64,000 nt of DNA from positions 620,001 to 684,000 of the forward strand of contig QPGO01000009.1 in the NCBI GenBank assembly GCA_008632985.1. Reading direction: 5' to 3'. Below the pieces are notes generated by a model. The model searched no databases, was not told where the DNA came from, and saw nothing but the letters and a program-made list of their open reading frames with translations. A program made the translations under genes and the position numbers. The number at the start of each line of letters is the position of its first letter. Positions within the stretch are counted from its first letter, which is position 1. This stretch comes from Psammoneis japonica. Lineage: Eukaryota. Positions 49,001-60,523 of the stretch are shown here, piece by piece.

Positions 49001-49127
49001 GTTGGACACCAGCCCTCGTCTCAAAAGCGTCAGGAAGAGGAGCAAAAAACTTCTTCCGGATGAACGTGCGTCACAAATCACAGACGACTCGCAAGGAATG
49101 AAGAAGTCTCTGAGTTACTTTCTTTAA
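46007..49127 (+). CDS. Protein with signal peptide, ricin-B-like Cys region, chalcone-isomerase-fold domain and C-terminal TM; introns 46256-46356 and 48040-48131
   Basis: Phase-0 GT-AG introns join three ORFs. CHI-like LMGVGQYTRTVFNIKVYGVALYV...GTELVFTW...VRVDG...IFYEYLRTDDPISPDA. Confidence 0.75.
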
Positions 49128-49442
49128 CGTGTATTAAAATTTTAACATCAACATATTATAGGCTTGACTACTTTACTACTGCACACCTGGATTCCTCGGA
49201 AGCACAGCAAGTAGGTCTAGGAACCAAGCTCTAGTAGAGTAGGTCCAGATGGTGGTTATCATCCATGCATTAGCGCAACATACAACGTCAATCAGAAACA
49301 GTCTGCACGCCGCCAGCCGTTGCCTTCGTGTCGGCTATCACGGCTCACAATGATGATGGGTGCTGGCTGTCCGACATGAGCATCTGAAGATAAAGCCTGC
49401 TGAACTACTCGCCGCAAGTATGCTAACGAGTGTCATCGCATT

Positions 49443-50948
49443 ATGAACATAATGGCGCTGAGAGGTGTCTCAAGCTGTCGCAAGGTGAACGTTAGGAGAG
49501 AGCTACTCACATATCAGACAATAGTTGGTGCACGTGGTGGACGCAATCAGAACGGTATTTGTGCTCCTTTCAGCGCTTCGGCTGATAATGAAGCGCGTGA
49601 CACCAAGAAGACAAGCAATTGGGTGACACAACTTCGCCAGAGATACAGCCCTGATCGTGACGAAGCTCATGCCAGAAAACCAGCAAGCAAGGCTCGCCCC
49701 CCGCAGAATCGGAATGTTGGTACCGACAAAAAAGAAGATCTCAGAAAACCGGCAAGCAAGGCCCGCAAACCGCAGAATCGTAATGTTGATCTATTTGTAT
49801 CATGCCTTCCCGGCTTGGAACCGTTCCTGCTTTCCGAAATGAAAAACCTTAATATCAGCAACAAGCTCAGGAGGGTTCGTGGAGGTGTGGAAGTGAAAAC
49901 ATCCAACGTTGAAGCGACCATTGCGGCGTATCATTTATGGTTGGGTACTGGCACTCATGTCTTGTGGAGGTGTGGAGATCCTTTTTACGCCCGTCACTTG
50001 GCAGCACTGGAACGCAAGGTTACCAAACTCTTTTCACAGGACTTACCATGGACTCAATTGGTATTGAGATCGAAGGAGAACTTGGATGTTCGAGTCACAG
50101 CGTCCAAGAGCAAGCTCTACCACACAGGTGCAATTGCCGAGCGAGTTTTGAGTGGCATACACCAAGCTCACGTTGAGATGAGGGAAGATGCAAGTACGAG
50201 TCATAGAAACAGCGAAACTATTCCATTGGTGGTGCGTGTTCAACATGACATGGTTCAAATATCAATAGACACATCCGCAACACCACTTCATCAACGAGGC
50301 TATCGACTGCAGACTGCAAAGGCTCCTCTGCGAGAGGATCTGGCATTTTCTCTCCTCTATGCCGCTGAATGGATCAAGGACCGATCGCACAACGACGAAT
50401 ATGGGAGTCTTTTGGATCCCTTTTGTGGATCTGGAACAATTGCGATTGAGGGCGCCGGGATGATCGCCGGATTGCCGCCCGGAAGGCTGAGGTCTTCACC
50501 ACTTACAAGCTCATCCGAGCACTGGAAAGACATGGTGGACAAAGCCATGGCAGAGAGGAGAGATGCTTTGCCTATTTTCGCGAGCGATAGAGATCTCGGT
50601 GCAATCGAGGCAGCAAAGTCCAATGCCCAGCGAGCAGGAGTATTGGATCAAATTGACTTTCGAGAAGGTTCCGTCGGATCGCCAACGCCTTTTTCCGTAA
50701 GCGCTCCCAACTTGTTGATTGCGACAAACCCACCGCATGGAAAACGTCTTTCCAAGTCAAAGGATCTGTTACCACTTTACTACGCACTTGGAAACCGCGT
50801 CCGTGAAGAAGGAGCACAAAGAGCTGCAGTCATAGTGCAAGACATCAAGTTGCTTCGGAAAACAGGGTTGGACGTCAATGTTTCGTTCACTACTAAGCAC
50901 GGCGGACAAACAGTATCCGCCGTAATATGCAAGGATGGGAATAAATAG
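49443..50948 (+). CDS. THUMP-domain RNA methyltransferase (RlmL/THUMPD3-like), probably organelle-targeted
   Basis: SCLPGLE, LHQRGYR...APLREDLA, LLDPFCGSGTIAIE, NAQRAG, TNPPHGKRL. Confidence 0.85.
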   Translation: MNIMALRGVSSCRKVNVRRELLTYQTIVGARGGRNQNGICAPFSASADNEARDTKKTSNWVTQLRQRYSPDRDEAHARKPASKARPPQNRNVGTDKKEDLRKPASKARKPQNRNVDLFVSCLPGLEPFLLSEMKNLNISNKLRRVRGGVEVKTSNVEATIAAYHLWLGTGTHVLWRCGDPFYARHLAALERKVTKLFSQDLPWTQLVLRSKENLDVRVTASKSKLYHTGAIAERVLSGIHQAHVEMREDASTSHRNSETIPLVVRVQHDMVQISIDTSATPLHQRGYRLQTAKAPLREDLAFSLLYAAEWIKDRSHNDEYGSLLDPFCGSGTIAIEGAGMIAGLPPGRLRSSPLTSSSEHWKDMVDKAMAERRDALPIFASDRDLGAIEAAKSNAQRAGVLDQIDFREGSVGSPTPFSVSAPNLLIATNPPHGKRLSKSKDLLPLYYALGNRVREEGAQRAAVIVQDIKLLRKTGLDVNVSFTTKHGGQTVSAVICKDGNK

Positions 50949-50970
50949 TTACACCTTGTACCTGTTACAG

Positions 50971-52413
50971 CTATGCTGGTACAGACTCCGTTACAAAGTC
51001 TCGAATGGCGGCTAGATTGGTGCACAAATCTTGAACTATTCGTCCTTCCACGAGACTGACTGGAAGATAGGCTCTTGGACTGACTTCCACGGCATAGGTT
51101 AACCGCATAGCTTCCTTTCCCTCCGGGGCACACCCTGGCAATGGCTGCATTCTCCAAACACCCTGGTACAGACGAAATTCACCACCCTCTTTGCCTTCTA
51201 GCGACTGCATTGATATATCTCGGGTCGGTAGTTTCGACAAGGCAAAAGGTCTGGGGAAGCGATACCGTTTCAACTTCACCCTTGAATTCTCCTTGGCTCT
51301 TTCCTCCCTGGATTTGCCTTCGTACATATCTTCCCGAAAGTGGGCAAAGTCAGGCATCCCCTGCGGCCACTCTCTCACTTCCAACGTTGTTTGAGCACTA
51401 AAGTTAATACCCACAACTTTTGCGCCTCCCACCTGACGTAATCTTGACCCCTTCATTTGCTTGGATAACATTTTGCACTGCTCTTCGTCTGACATTGATG
51501 TATCAACTACAAGCTTCTTATCGGACGAAGAATCCGTGTTGTACAACTCTTCAACCTCATTGACGACGAGGTTTGGAATGACATTTTGTAAATTCTCATA
51601 GTCTGTCAGCACCTTCCATACATCGTCAACACTCGCCATGATATCGATTCCTGCAAAGATTCTTCTTGAATTCTCCCGTGCTTTCTCCACTCGTGCTACA
51701 GCCTCGCCTGGCACTAAACACATATCCTCGTCTAAAAACGGTGGTCCCATGTCTTCGCAAATATGATATCCCACATCATCATAGGTCAATGTCGATACAT
51801 CCAATTCCGGTCGCCGCGCAAACTCCGACACAACTTGTTCGGCTTCCTGTGCCACTTGCACTGCCCGAGTTGCTTCCTCCACTGCCGCCACTTCTGCGGA
51901 ATCAATAGCTTTTCGTGAGAGTTCCTTGGCATTTTCCAAACTATCTCGCGCTTCCTTTAACGCCGTTTCGGCCCGCAGCAGCGCTGCTTCGGCCGACGCA
52001 AAGGCTTCTTGGACCAACACGTCGGATTCGAGCGCTTTGGCTAGGTTTTCTTGCTTGGAAACCATTTCTGCGGCACCCACGGTTGCGTCACGAAGCACTT
52101 CTGCAATTGCCTTGGGTGCAACCGATTCAATAGGCTTGACGACAATATTCTTGGCAAGCTCTTTTACCTTTTTGCGAATCTTTTTCCGACGAGAGTCCTC
52201 CTCCTCATCTTTGTCGTTGCTGTTGTTGTTTGGAGATGTCAAGTGCAACGACGATGAATGCCGATTAATCACCGAGTCTTCATGTAAATGATATGCGCAT
52301 TTCATCGATTGAGATCTTGTGGTTAAAGGTGTAGGAGAAGTTGTAAATGCGGAGCCCAAGTCACATGTAACAAGATCAAAGAACAAACACAATGCTATCG
52401 AAGAAAACTTCAT
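50971..52413 (-). CDS. Plastid-targeted START/SRPBCC (polyketide cyclase/Coq10-like) protein
   Basis: GSAFTT presequence; RRIFAGIDIMASVDDVWKVLTDYENLQNVIPNL...GEFRLYQGVWRM...LTYAVEVSP...DLCTNLAAIR. Confidence 0.85.
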   Translation of the reverse strand: MKFSSIALCLFFDLVTCDLGSAFTTSPTPLTTRSQSMKCAYHLHEDSVINRHSSSLHLTSPNNNSNDKDEEEDSRRKKIRKKVKELAKNIVVKPIESVAPKAIAEVLRDATVGAAEMVSKQENLAKALESDVLVQEAFASAEAALLRAETALKEARDSLENAKELSRKAIDSAEVAAVEEATRAVQVAQEAEQVVSEFARRPELDVSTLTYDDVGYHICEDMGPPFLDEDMCLVPGEAVARVEKARENSRRIFAGIDIMASVDDVWKVLTDYENLQNVIPNLVVNEVEELYNTDSSSDKKLVVDTSMSDEEQCKMLSKQMKGSRLRQVGGAKVVGINFSAQTTLEVREWPQGMPDFAHFREDMYEGKSREERAKENSRVKLKRYRFPRPFALSKLPTRDISMQSLEGKEGGEFRLYQGVWRMQPLPGCAPEGKEAMRLTYAVEVSPRAYLPVSLVEGRIVQDLCTNLAAIRDFVTESVPA

Positions 52414-52699
52414 CTTCCTTTCTTTTTTCGGAAGAGACACAGCTTCTCCTTCCGACTCCTTTCGCAACAACGCTTTCTCCTATTTGGCGACAACTTGATG
52501 TGTGACAATATCGCCTTGTTACTCTAAAGAGAAAGAGCAAAGAATTGCTTTTGGTTGTGGTCAGAATGTCGCTGAGTGTGTCGCACCAGTTGCTGACACA
52601 AGACATCCAATTCAGTTGTTCCTCGTCGCGAACGGCGAAACACGCAGAAATCAACACGCGGAACAAACGAAAGAGCGGAAGTTAGTTGCCACCGACCTG

Positions 52700-54235
52700 C
52701 CACCGCACATGCGCACGAACGCTGCATGCAATGATGATCGATGAGGGTTGCGACTCACAGCGAGGCACAACGGGGCTGCTGGAGGTGCCAGTGGAGTGGA
52801 GAGGCTTGTTCGCTGCAATCCTTTTTGTTTTTGCAAAGCACTCACCCTCTTGAAAACCATCTTCCTGTGCTTCCCATTTTTCTGTCAAGGTGCGGCAGCC
52901 AGCTGCTGAGGAGACAGGAGCAGCATGCTCTCACCTGCAAGAGCTCTCTCTCAAGCTGGGCAAAATGGATTCATGCCCTGGTTGGCCAAGCGCCTCTGTG
53001 CATTTTAACTCAACCATGACCTCTCCACTTTCATCTGCCTCATCTGCCGAGCTGTCTGCATGCCATGATCTTCCTTCCCAACAAGGTTGCCAGCAAAGTT
53101 TTTTTCGGAGGCTCTTCCCCTTCCAACATGCCAAGTGCTCTAAATTTTTCAACAGAGCTCTGCTGCTGCAAACACACCAGCCAGGGTGGAACAATGATGT
53201 GGACATTGTGCCAAGGGCACTGCTTGTGGCAAGCAAACATCTGCCACGACCACGGGCGCTGCTTGTGGCAAGCAAACGACAGTTGTTGCAAGCGCGGGGG
53301 GGTCTCCCAGAAAACTGGCCAAGATGAGCCTTTGTGCCAAATCACTGCCACAACTGATTTTTGAGGTGTGCAGCACAGAGTTGTGCTGCATTGCTGAAAG
53401 TTGTGTGCCAGCTCAGCGGGGAAAATCATTTCGCAGCAGCTTGTTTTGAAGCATGGGCAGGCTTTTGGACTTCTTAAAGCAAGCAAGGAGAGCCAACATT
53501 TGGTGTGCAGCCAAGGAAGCTCAACAAATTTTTGCTGTGCTGTGCACACAGTGTGGTTTGTTTGCAAGCTGTGGGCACCGCACATTGCAAAAAATGACTT
53601 GCCTCTGACAGTCGCCTCAGCGCAGTGCACAGGGCATCCCCAAAAACTGCGCTGGTGCAGCTGTGGGTCCCAACCCTCAAGTGAATCCAAACTGGCGTGG
53701 CAGGCGCGCTCCTGATGAGCGCACAGACCATCACCGCGGTGCTGTTGCGGGGAATTTGATCAAATCTCGCACCGACGATGGCGATGATTGCGACACCAAG
53801 AAAGCCATCTAAACCTTCGATTCTGCGAGAACGCATTTGGCACACAATCAATTGGCACCTGTTGGATGGGCATCTAAACGCGTTCTCCACGATTTTGATT
53901 TTGTGGCAAGCTGTTGATGAACATGCCGATTCAATCGTTCGTGACGCCATGTCACGTGCCAAGTCTTCATCAACCACTCATTCACCGGATTTTCGACACC
54001 CGCTGAGAGCAAAAGCCGGCAGATGTGTGAAGGCAAGCAATGTAGAATCGAAATGGTGTTGTTGTTGTGCCAAAGTCTCACCACTTGTTGTCTCACTCAA
54101 CTGTCATGCAGACGCAGCCAATTTTCACAGTGTCAATCGTCGTGTGAGCTCATCGACGAATCCAATGTCGCAGTCCCGTCGTCAAACCCGTTTTAGCAAT
54201 GCCAATGACAAGAGGAACATTTTTCAAGACTTGAT
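52700..54235. mobile_element. TpA-depleted degenerate repeat segment, unclassified (the signature resumes at 55051-55420)
   Basis: Very few TA dinucleotides, Tyr-free spurious ORFs, CpG partly retained. Confidence 0.55.
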
Positions 54236-55050
54236 TTGCAACATACACCTCTATATACTGAGGATCCTTTCGCTGGAATGCTGTCAGCAGTGGCATTTGC
54301 GGTACGTTCTACGTACCATACTACCACGCAAGCTACACCAGGACAACTGGTCTTCAATAGAGACATGATATTTAACGTCCAACATGTTGCAGACTGGAAA
54401 TTAATCCAGCAGCGAAAACAAGAAATCATAAATAAAAATAACGCTCGAGAGAATGCTCGACGTACTCCTTACACGTACAGAGTAGGAGAAAAGATACTAC
54501 TCGAGAAAGACTCGCAAAAATTAGAACAGCCCTATGTTGGACCGTATGTAATAACAACGGTACATGCTAATGGCACAGTACAGATCAAACGCGGTGACGT
54601 TATTGACACTGTCAATATTCGTCGGATAATACCGTTTAACGACTGACTCTAATGTGCAATTAGGGAGGCGAATGCAATATGCGTTGTTATGTACGTATTA
54701 TATATGTATATCTATATATTAAATAAAAGTATATTTCAATCGTACGTCGATCGTGGGTTCGTACGAAGTACAGATCGGTCACATAGAAGTGATCGGATGT
54801 CGAGAATCGCAAATGCGATCGTACGATGATGTTGACATCTTATGTGTCAATGTCAATCGTATCCGGACAATCTGTTGTCACGATCATATTCTCCGAAAGG
54901 CCTTTTGTCTGTAGGAGCAGTGCAAAAGGTTTAGGCTGTTGAGAACCCGTTCGGAGAAACCCAAAATGATGTCGTAGAAACAATTCTCATAATTTTCACT
55001 TTTTGAACTTGTTCTACTTTCGTTTGCACTCGTTCTTCGAGCATGGTGCA
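54236..55050 (+). mobile_element. Largely unmutated 3' fragment of a Ty3/Gypsy element (integrase C-terminus, PPT, LTR 54673-55050)
   Basis: AFAVRSTYHTTTQATPGQLVFNRDMI...KLEQPYVGPY...NGTV...VNIRRIIPF; PPT agggaggcgaa; TG...CA LTR. Homologous to 28719-29540 on the minus strand. Confidence 0.9.
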
Positions 55051-55769
55051 GGGGGGGTTGTGATTGCATGTGGAAGCATGACGTTGGGACCCACAGCAGT
55101 GCAGCAGCCAGACGAGAGGTGTCACATCTTGTCAGTCCTCATGGGATGATGCAGTGCAAGGCATCCCCAACTGTGCAGCCTCAGTGCAGCTGGAGCGGTC
55201 ACACACAATGTGCGGGGTGGTGTGTGGCACCGGCACTCAGTGCTTGTCAAAGGGCAAGCAGCACCAGCTTCCATTTTTTCAACAACTTCCATGTTTGTTC
55301 ATGTGCAGATGAGTTCACATGTTGGCCTCTGCCCAAGCCTTGATTTCAACTGGGTGTCACCACAAGGCAAGAGGTCAAAGACGCAAACACCAAATTGATG
55401 CACAGATGGAAAAAAAACAAAAAGAGGCCGCGCCACTCTGCCACGTCAGAAAGATTCGGTGTCATAACCAATCATGACCTTGAACTACCGCTGTTTGGAT
55501 AGCACAACGTCACGAAGGCAATAGGTCTTTGACCGACTTTAACACGTGTCGAAACGTGATGTCATCAAGGGCAATAAGAACCGATGACGACAAAGATAAA
55601 TCGTCGTCACTGATTCTGACGACGAAAACCGACCATCGATCTTGCTCACAACTTTTCCCAAACAACGCATACAAGCTTTCACAATAATTCACAGGAGTAC
55701 TACGCTTGACGATTCAGTACTGTCATCATAAAAAGGCAGCGAACGAATCATCATCAATAACAGTTCAGT

Positions 55770-56216
55770 ATGACTTCCACAAAGATCTCCAAGAACGTAA
55801 AGGTTGCTGCTGTCGCGAGTGCGTTGCTCATGCTGGTTCCGTCAACGACGACTGCCTTTCTCGTCACAAATGGTCGTGCGTGGGGTACCGCCAATCGCAA
55901 GAATCTCACCAGGCAAAAGTATGCTGAAATGGATCAAGATATTATGAGAACGAATTCAGCGGAAAGCCTCTTGCAGTCTTCGGCAATGCAGAAGGAAGCA
56001 AAGGTTGTGTATTCGGCCTTCTTGGATGAATATACCTCCGACGACGACGACACTGACTACACAGTAGACTACGAGGAAGAAATCTTTCAAATGGACACAC
56101 AATTTCAAGACTATACCGCTCCACAGGTAGTATGGAATACAGAACATGGAGGAGAGTCTGAACACCACCACCACCGATTGTACTCTGCCTTTGCCGATGA
56201 CGTTTATGAAGACTAA
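55770..56216 (+). CDS. Small acidic hypothetical protein with signal or plastid-type presequence
   Basis: Hydrophobic N-terminus ending TTAFL; uninterrupted ORF. Confidence 0.6.
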   Translation: MTSTKISKNVKVAAVASALLMLVPSTTTAFLVTNGRAWGTANRKNLTRQKYAEMDQDIMRTNSAESLLQSSAMQKEAKVVYSAFLDEYTSDDDDTDYTVDYEEEIFQMDTQFQDYTAPQVVWNTEHGGESEHHHHRLYSAFADDVYED

Positions 56217-56857
56217 AGAATGGCGATTCGTTGTTGGTCGCTTGTCCGCTGCGTGACATTTACACATGCTACCGTTATTTTGGCATCGTCAACAAGCTTA
56301 GCAACCGACAAGAGTGCAACTTGGGCATTTTGTGGAAAATTGCTCAAGAATTGCTGGCGATGAACATGTCAACTTGTCGTGTGAAAGACCATAGATAATG
56401 TACTAGAGACATAACATAGACTTTATAGAACCTTCTGAATATAAGATCCATTATAGCCCTACTTTCTTGGCCTCCATTGCCTGTGAAACTACCGACATTC
56501 ATCGTCGTTTCCTGGCCACTATCTCTTTTCGCTCTGCATTAGACCCTTCTTGGATTTGATTTCTGCTGATTCATTCCCGCCAAAACCATGACTTGTTCGA
56601 TTAAAACTCTTGGACCGACGTCATCTTTACTTATGATTGGTTGATCTACGTAGTTTCTACGACGTGTCTGGTACACGTCAGAAGCACGACGAAATTCCGC
56701 TTCGACATTCACATTCCAGTTCGATATTTTCGCTGACACTAATTGGCGTTGGCGAGCAGCTGTTGCGGTTGTTGCAATAAGATCCAGTCATACTAACTGC
56801 GACTTGGCTGTGCGTTGAGGCAAACACAAAACACATACATTTCCTAGAAGCGCCACC

Positions 56858-59624
56858 ATGACGGTTCGATTGCACCAATGTGGCTTTTTGTTTGCCATGA
56901 GCGGTTGTTTGCTGAATTCATCGACAAACACATTTGCCTTTGTGCCTCAGCTTGCTGTGAGACCGAGAGTCGTCGTAGACACTCGTCAATGGGTCCAAAC
57001 CTACAATGTCGATTCCGCCAAGACAGACGACAATGATGACGAAGAGGTTCGAAAACAAGTGACGAACAAATACGCCGATTTGTACCGCGAGTTGGTGCTC
57101 AAGGACGACAACGACGAGGACAGCGGTTTGTTGTCGGCAGACGAAGTAGAGGAAGTGTCAATCATGCAAGAGCGTATTGAAAAGGACGAGAAGGAATTAC
57201 TGGAACTCATTAAACAAGAAGAGAATCTGGTAGTACCGACATTTCCAAAAGACAATGGTGGATCAGACGGGCTTAAGGCATCCGTTGCGACTCTAGAGAA
57301 GAAGGCTGTACAGAAAGAAAATAAGAAGAACGGCTCACGTTTCTCTGCAGTGCTTGAGGAGGAGGAGGAAGAGGAGATTACACCAAATGTTCTAGAAGAA
57401 GTTAAGCCCATTGAAGAAGAGCAGGCGATCGACAATGTAGTGCCAAAAGAGACGAGGAAAACTCCAATTATACTGGGAGCAGCTCCTTCGAAGGAATTCA
57501 ATGCAGAGACAGAGGCAGAAGTATTCGAGAACGAAGAAGAGACACCCATTATTTTAGAAGGATCTGCAATGGGTACAAATAATAGGGCATTTGTTGCGGG
57601 ACCAGCCGCTACGGAAGAAGAAGAAGAAGTGGTGGAGATGAAACCGGAGAAAGTACCGGTAACTGAATCTGAAGTTGTAACGCAACCCATAATCCTGGAA
57701 GCAGCTACAGACACAGAAGAGGTGGCTGCAGAAACGGCACAGGGAGGAAAGGAGAAGGGTACCATGGTGGAAGAAACCTGGAAGAGAAGGTCCCATGGTG
57801 GAGATGAAACCAGAGAAAGTACCAGTATCTGAATCTGAGGTGGTAACGCAACCCATAATCCTGGAAGCAGCTACAGATACTGATGAAGAGGCGGCTGCAG
57901 GAACGGCACAGGAGAAAGAGAAGGGCCCCATTCTCGAGGCTAAAAGAGCTCAAGTAGTCGAAACGACGTCCCAAGAAGAATCATCGGAAGAAAGTAGTCT
58001 TGACATCGCGGATGTAACTATGGATAAAGCGAACGAGGATGAAGCCAAGGAAGATCAAGATAATTCTCCAATTGTTGTCGAGGCGGCTCCAACAGATTCT
58101 CAAGAATCCGTAGAATCACTTCCCAATACGAAACTCGCGAAAGAATCAGATGAGAAGGCAACTGCCAGTATTCTTGGGTCTGCATCCGATTTGGCGGAGT
58201 CAATCATCGTGGGGGCGGCGGATGATAACGAGGTATCGCAGTCTGATTGGACGCGGGAGCAAGAGTCAGAAGGTAGTGAAACGTTCATGTTGCACACTTC
58301 TGATGCTTCAGAGAATCCATTGGCAGAGGCGACGGTCGATAAAGCAGAAGTTTCCCGAGAAACTGGTACAGTCCTTTTGGGTAATGGGGCGACTATTGCT
58401 GAGGAACCGGAGGCTGAGTCGACGCTTGAAGAGTCAAAGACAGCCGAGACTCCTGTTGCAAAAATTACCACAGATAAGGAGGATGCACTGGACAGAGATA
58501 AGGAATTGAAAGAGAGCACGGCTCCAACATTGCTTGAAGCGATAGCCTCTGACGTGGTTGGGGAGAATGAGTTAGAGGAAGGTTTAGAAGCGTTCACAGA
58601 GGAGGCTGTTGCCGAGACGAGAACAGATGAAACTGCCGAGAAATCAATCATATCGACAGAAGAGAAACAAGAGGTTGAGAAATCATCGGTTCTTTCTGTG
58701 GATCTTGAGCCTGAAGAAGCTCTCGTAGTCCCCGTCGAGAAAGAACCAATTGAAATCCTGCCTCTGAAAAAGGTGACAGTCCGACAGCCTTTCTGGGCCG
58801 GGACCACCTACCGAGATATTTCCGACACGCTCGTGGAAGCTGTTACTCCACGAGATTCCGTGGATGAGCTCTGGTCCCGAGATGGAGTTGACTTGATAGT
58901 TAAGACCACTGCTCACATTACCAACGCGGCCGTAGCTACAGGCAAGGTTGCATTTTATGCCACGGCAGCTTTAGGGGAAGCGCTGACGGATGAGGAGGTG
59001 AATGCGTTTGCTTCCGAAGCGTCATTAACCAAGAACATTCCGCCACTTCGAAAGCTTGAAGCAGTCGGATCGACTTGCTCTGCCGCGGCTCAGTGCCTCC
59101 GTAGCTCGGCTTCGACGGGACGAGCCATTGAAGCAATGGCTGATACAACGAAAAGTCTGGTGTCGGCTGTGGCTTCTGCGGCAGTTGGAGTTTTCAAGAG
59201 CGCCACCAACGCCAAAGGCTTGCTGAGCCGTATACAAGAGCAGGTCGTCGAGACGCGATTGCAGTACGAACAGCAACTGCGTGAACAAGAGAAACTCAGT
59301 AAAGAGCGGCGAGCGCTTGACGCGAAACGCAAACTAGTCGAGGAATACGTCCAAGCAAAGCAGGCAGCCGCCGAAGATTCTTTGAATAAGAAAATGGAAG
59401 AAGACATGCGGGTAAAGCTGGAACAGTTGAGCCAGACACGTCATGATGCCAAACAAAAGGCTCTCCTTGCGATCCGTCACAATGCTGAAAACGAGAAGAC
59501 TGAGCTTCTGGACAGCAATGCGTTATCAATTCAGGTCTTGGAAGACGCACTAAAGCATTTGATGCCCAAGAAGTTCAGGCGGGCGATTAAAAGGGGGGTG
59601 CATGGGCCGAAGCAAACACACTGA
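56858..59624 (+). CDS. Large Glu-rich, probably plastid-targeted hypothetical protein with an internal repeat; frameshift near 57780
   Basis: TFAFVP presequence. ORFs 56858-57832 and 57795-59624 share the repeat VEMKPEKVPVxESEVVTQPIILEAATDT. Coiled-coil-like C-terminus. Confidence 0.7.
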
Positions 59625-60523
59625 GACAGGCAAGTACACGGCCATGCGAAACTAGTACAGATATAGAGTAGACATACATCGGACAATCACTAACGGTAAA
59701 AAGAGACTGACGATTTCCATACATTCTACCTAACGCGTAGTGCCAGGTTGTTGCTTGTTTTAGAGTCTAGGATATCCAAGTTGCTTTTGGCTTGGAAACC
59801 TTCTTCTTTCCCCGCGAAGCTATCATGTTACCTGTAACTAAGTGATGCCCGAGGTAATGTAAGGATTTATCTCAGCAGAAGAGGTCAATTGGCTTGTAGC
59901 TGTTTCTGCAATCTTTGGATCGCGCAGGGAGCAAAGGCTGAAACTCGTCGTCGTTGTGGTTCTTAAAACACCCTAGTTGGTAGTGTGACTGGAAACTGAC
60001 TGTGCCATAAAGCGACTGAGACCGAGTACTCTGTTGTTGTTTGTGGTTGGGCGTTAGTAGTGAGCTAAGTACTTTATTAGATAGTGTAGTGCAGTGCTTT
60101 TCCTCCGACAACGCGGGGCGCCCGACTTCTCACGATAGATAGATGCGCACGACATACCGTACAGTGGGAGCGCGATGTTGTGCGTTGATGCGCCGGCGTA
60201 GCGCAAGAACGGAAACCAAAAGGAGACGACGAAACAACGCGGAGAGTCGGTCAAGATGGCACGCCTTTTGTGTGACAGTGGCTGACGAAAGTAGTTTAGA
60301 ACTTGTCTCCAAAAATGTGGCAACACCAATCCGTATCCACGACACAACACGACACATGATTGCCAAACCTACTCGCTGTGGCCCATCACCGAGTCGTGAC
60401 AACGCTACGTACATTTCTACGTGTTTTGTACTGAACATCATCGGATGCCGACCACGCAGATTTTTTCCAGTGTCGAGTGTTGTGTCATAATTTTCAGAAT
60501 CGCCGTCGATTCACAGATCAACC

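Noticed and set aside
50727..50741. NPPH instead of NPPY in the THUMP methyltransferase as a mutator hit
   Set aside because: It is a single site in a gene with otherwise normal TpA content, so it cannot be distinguished from ordinary divergence.
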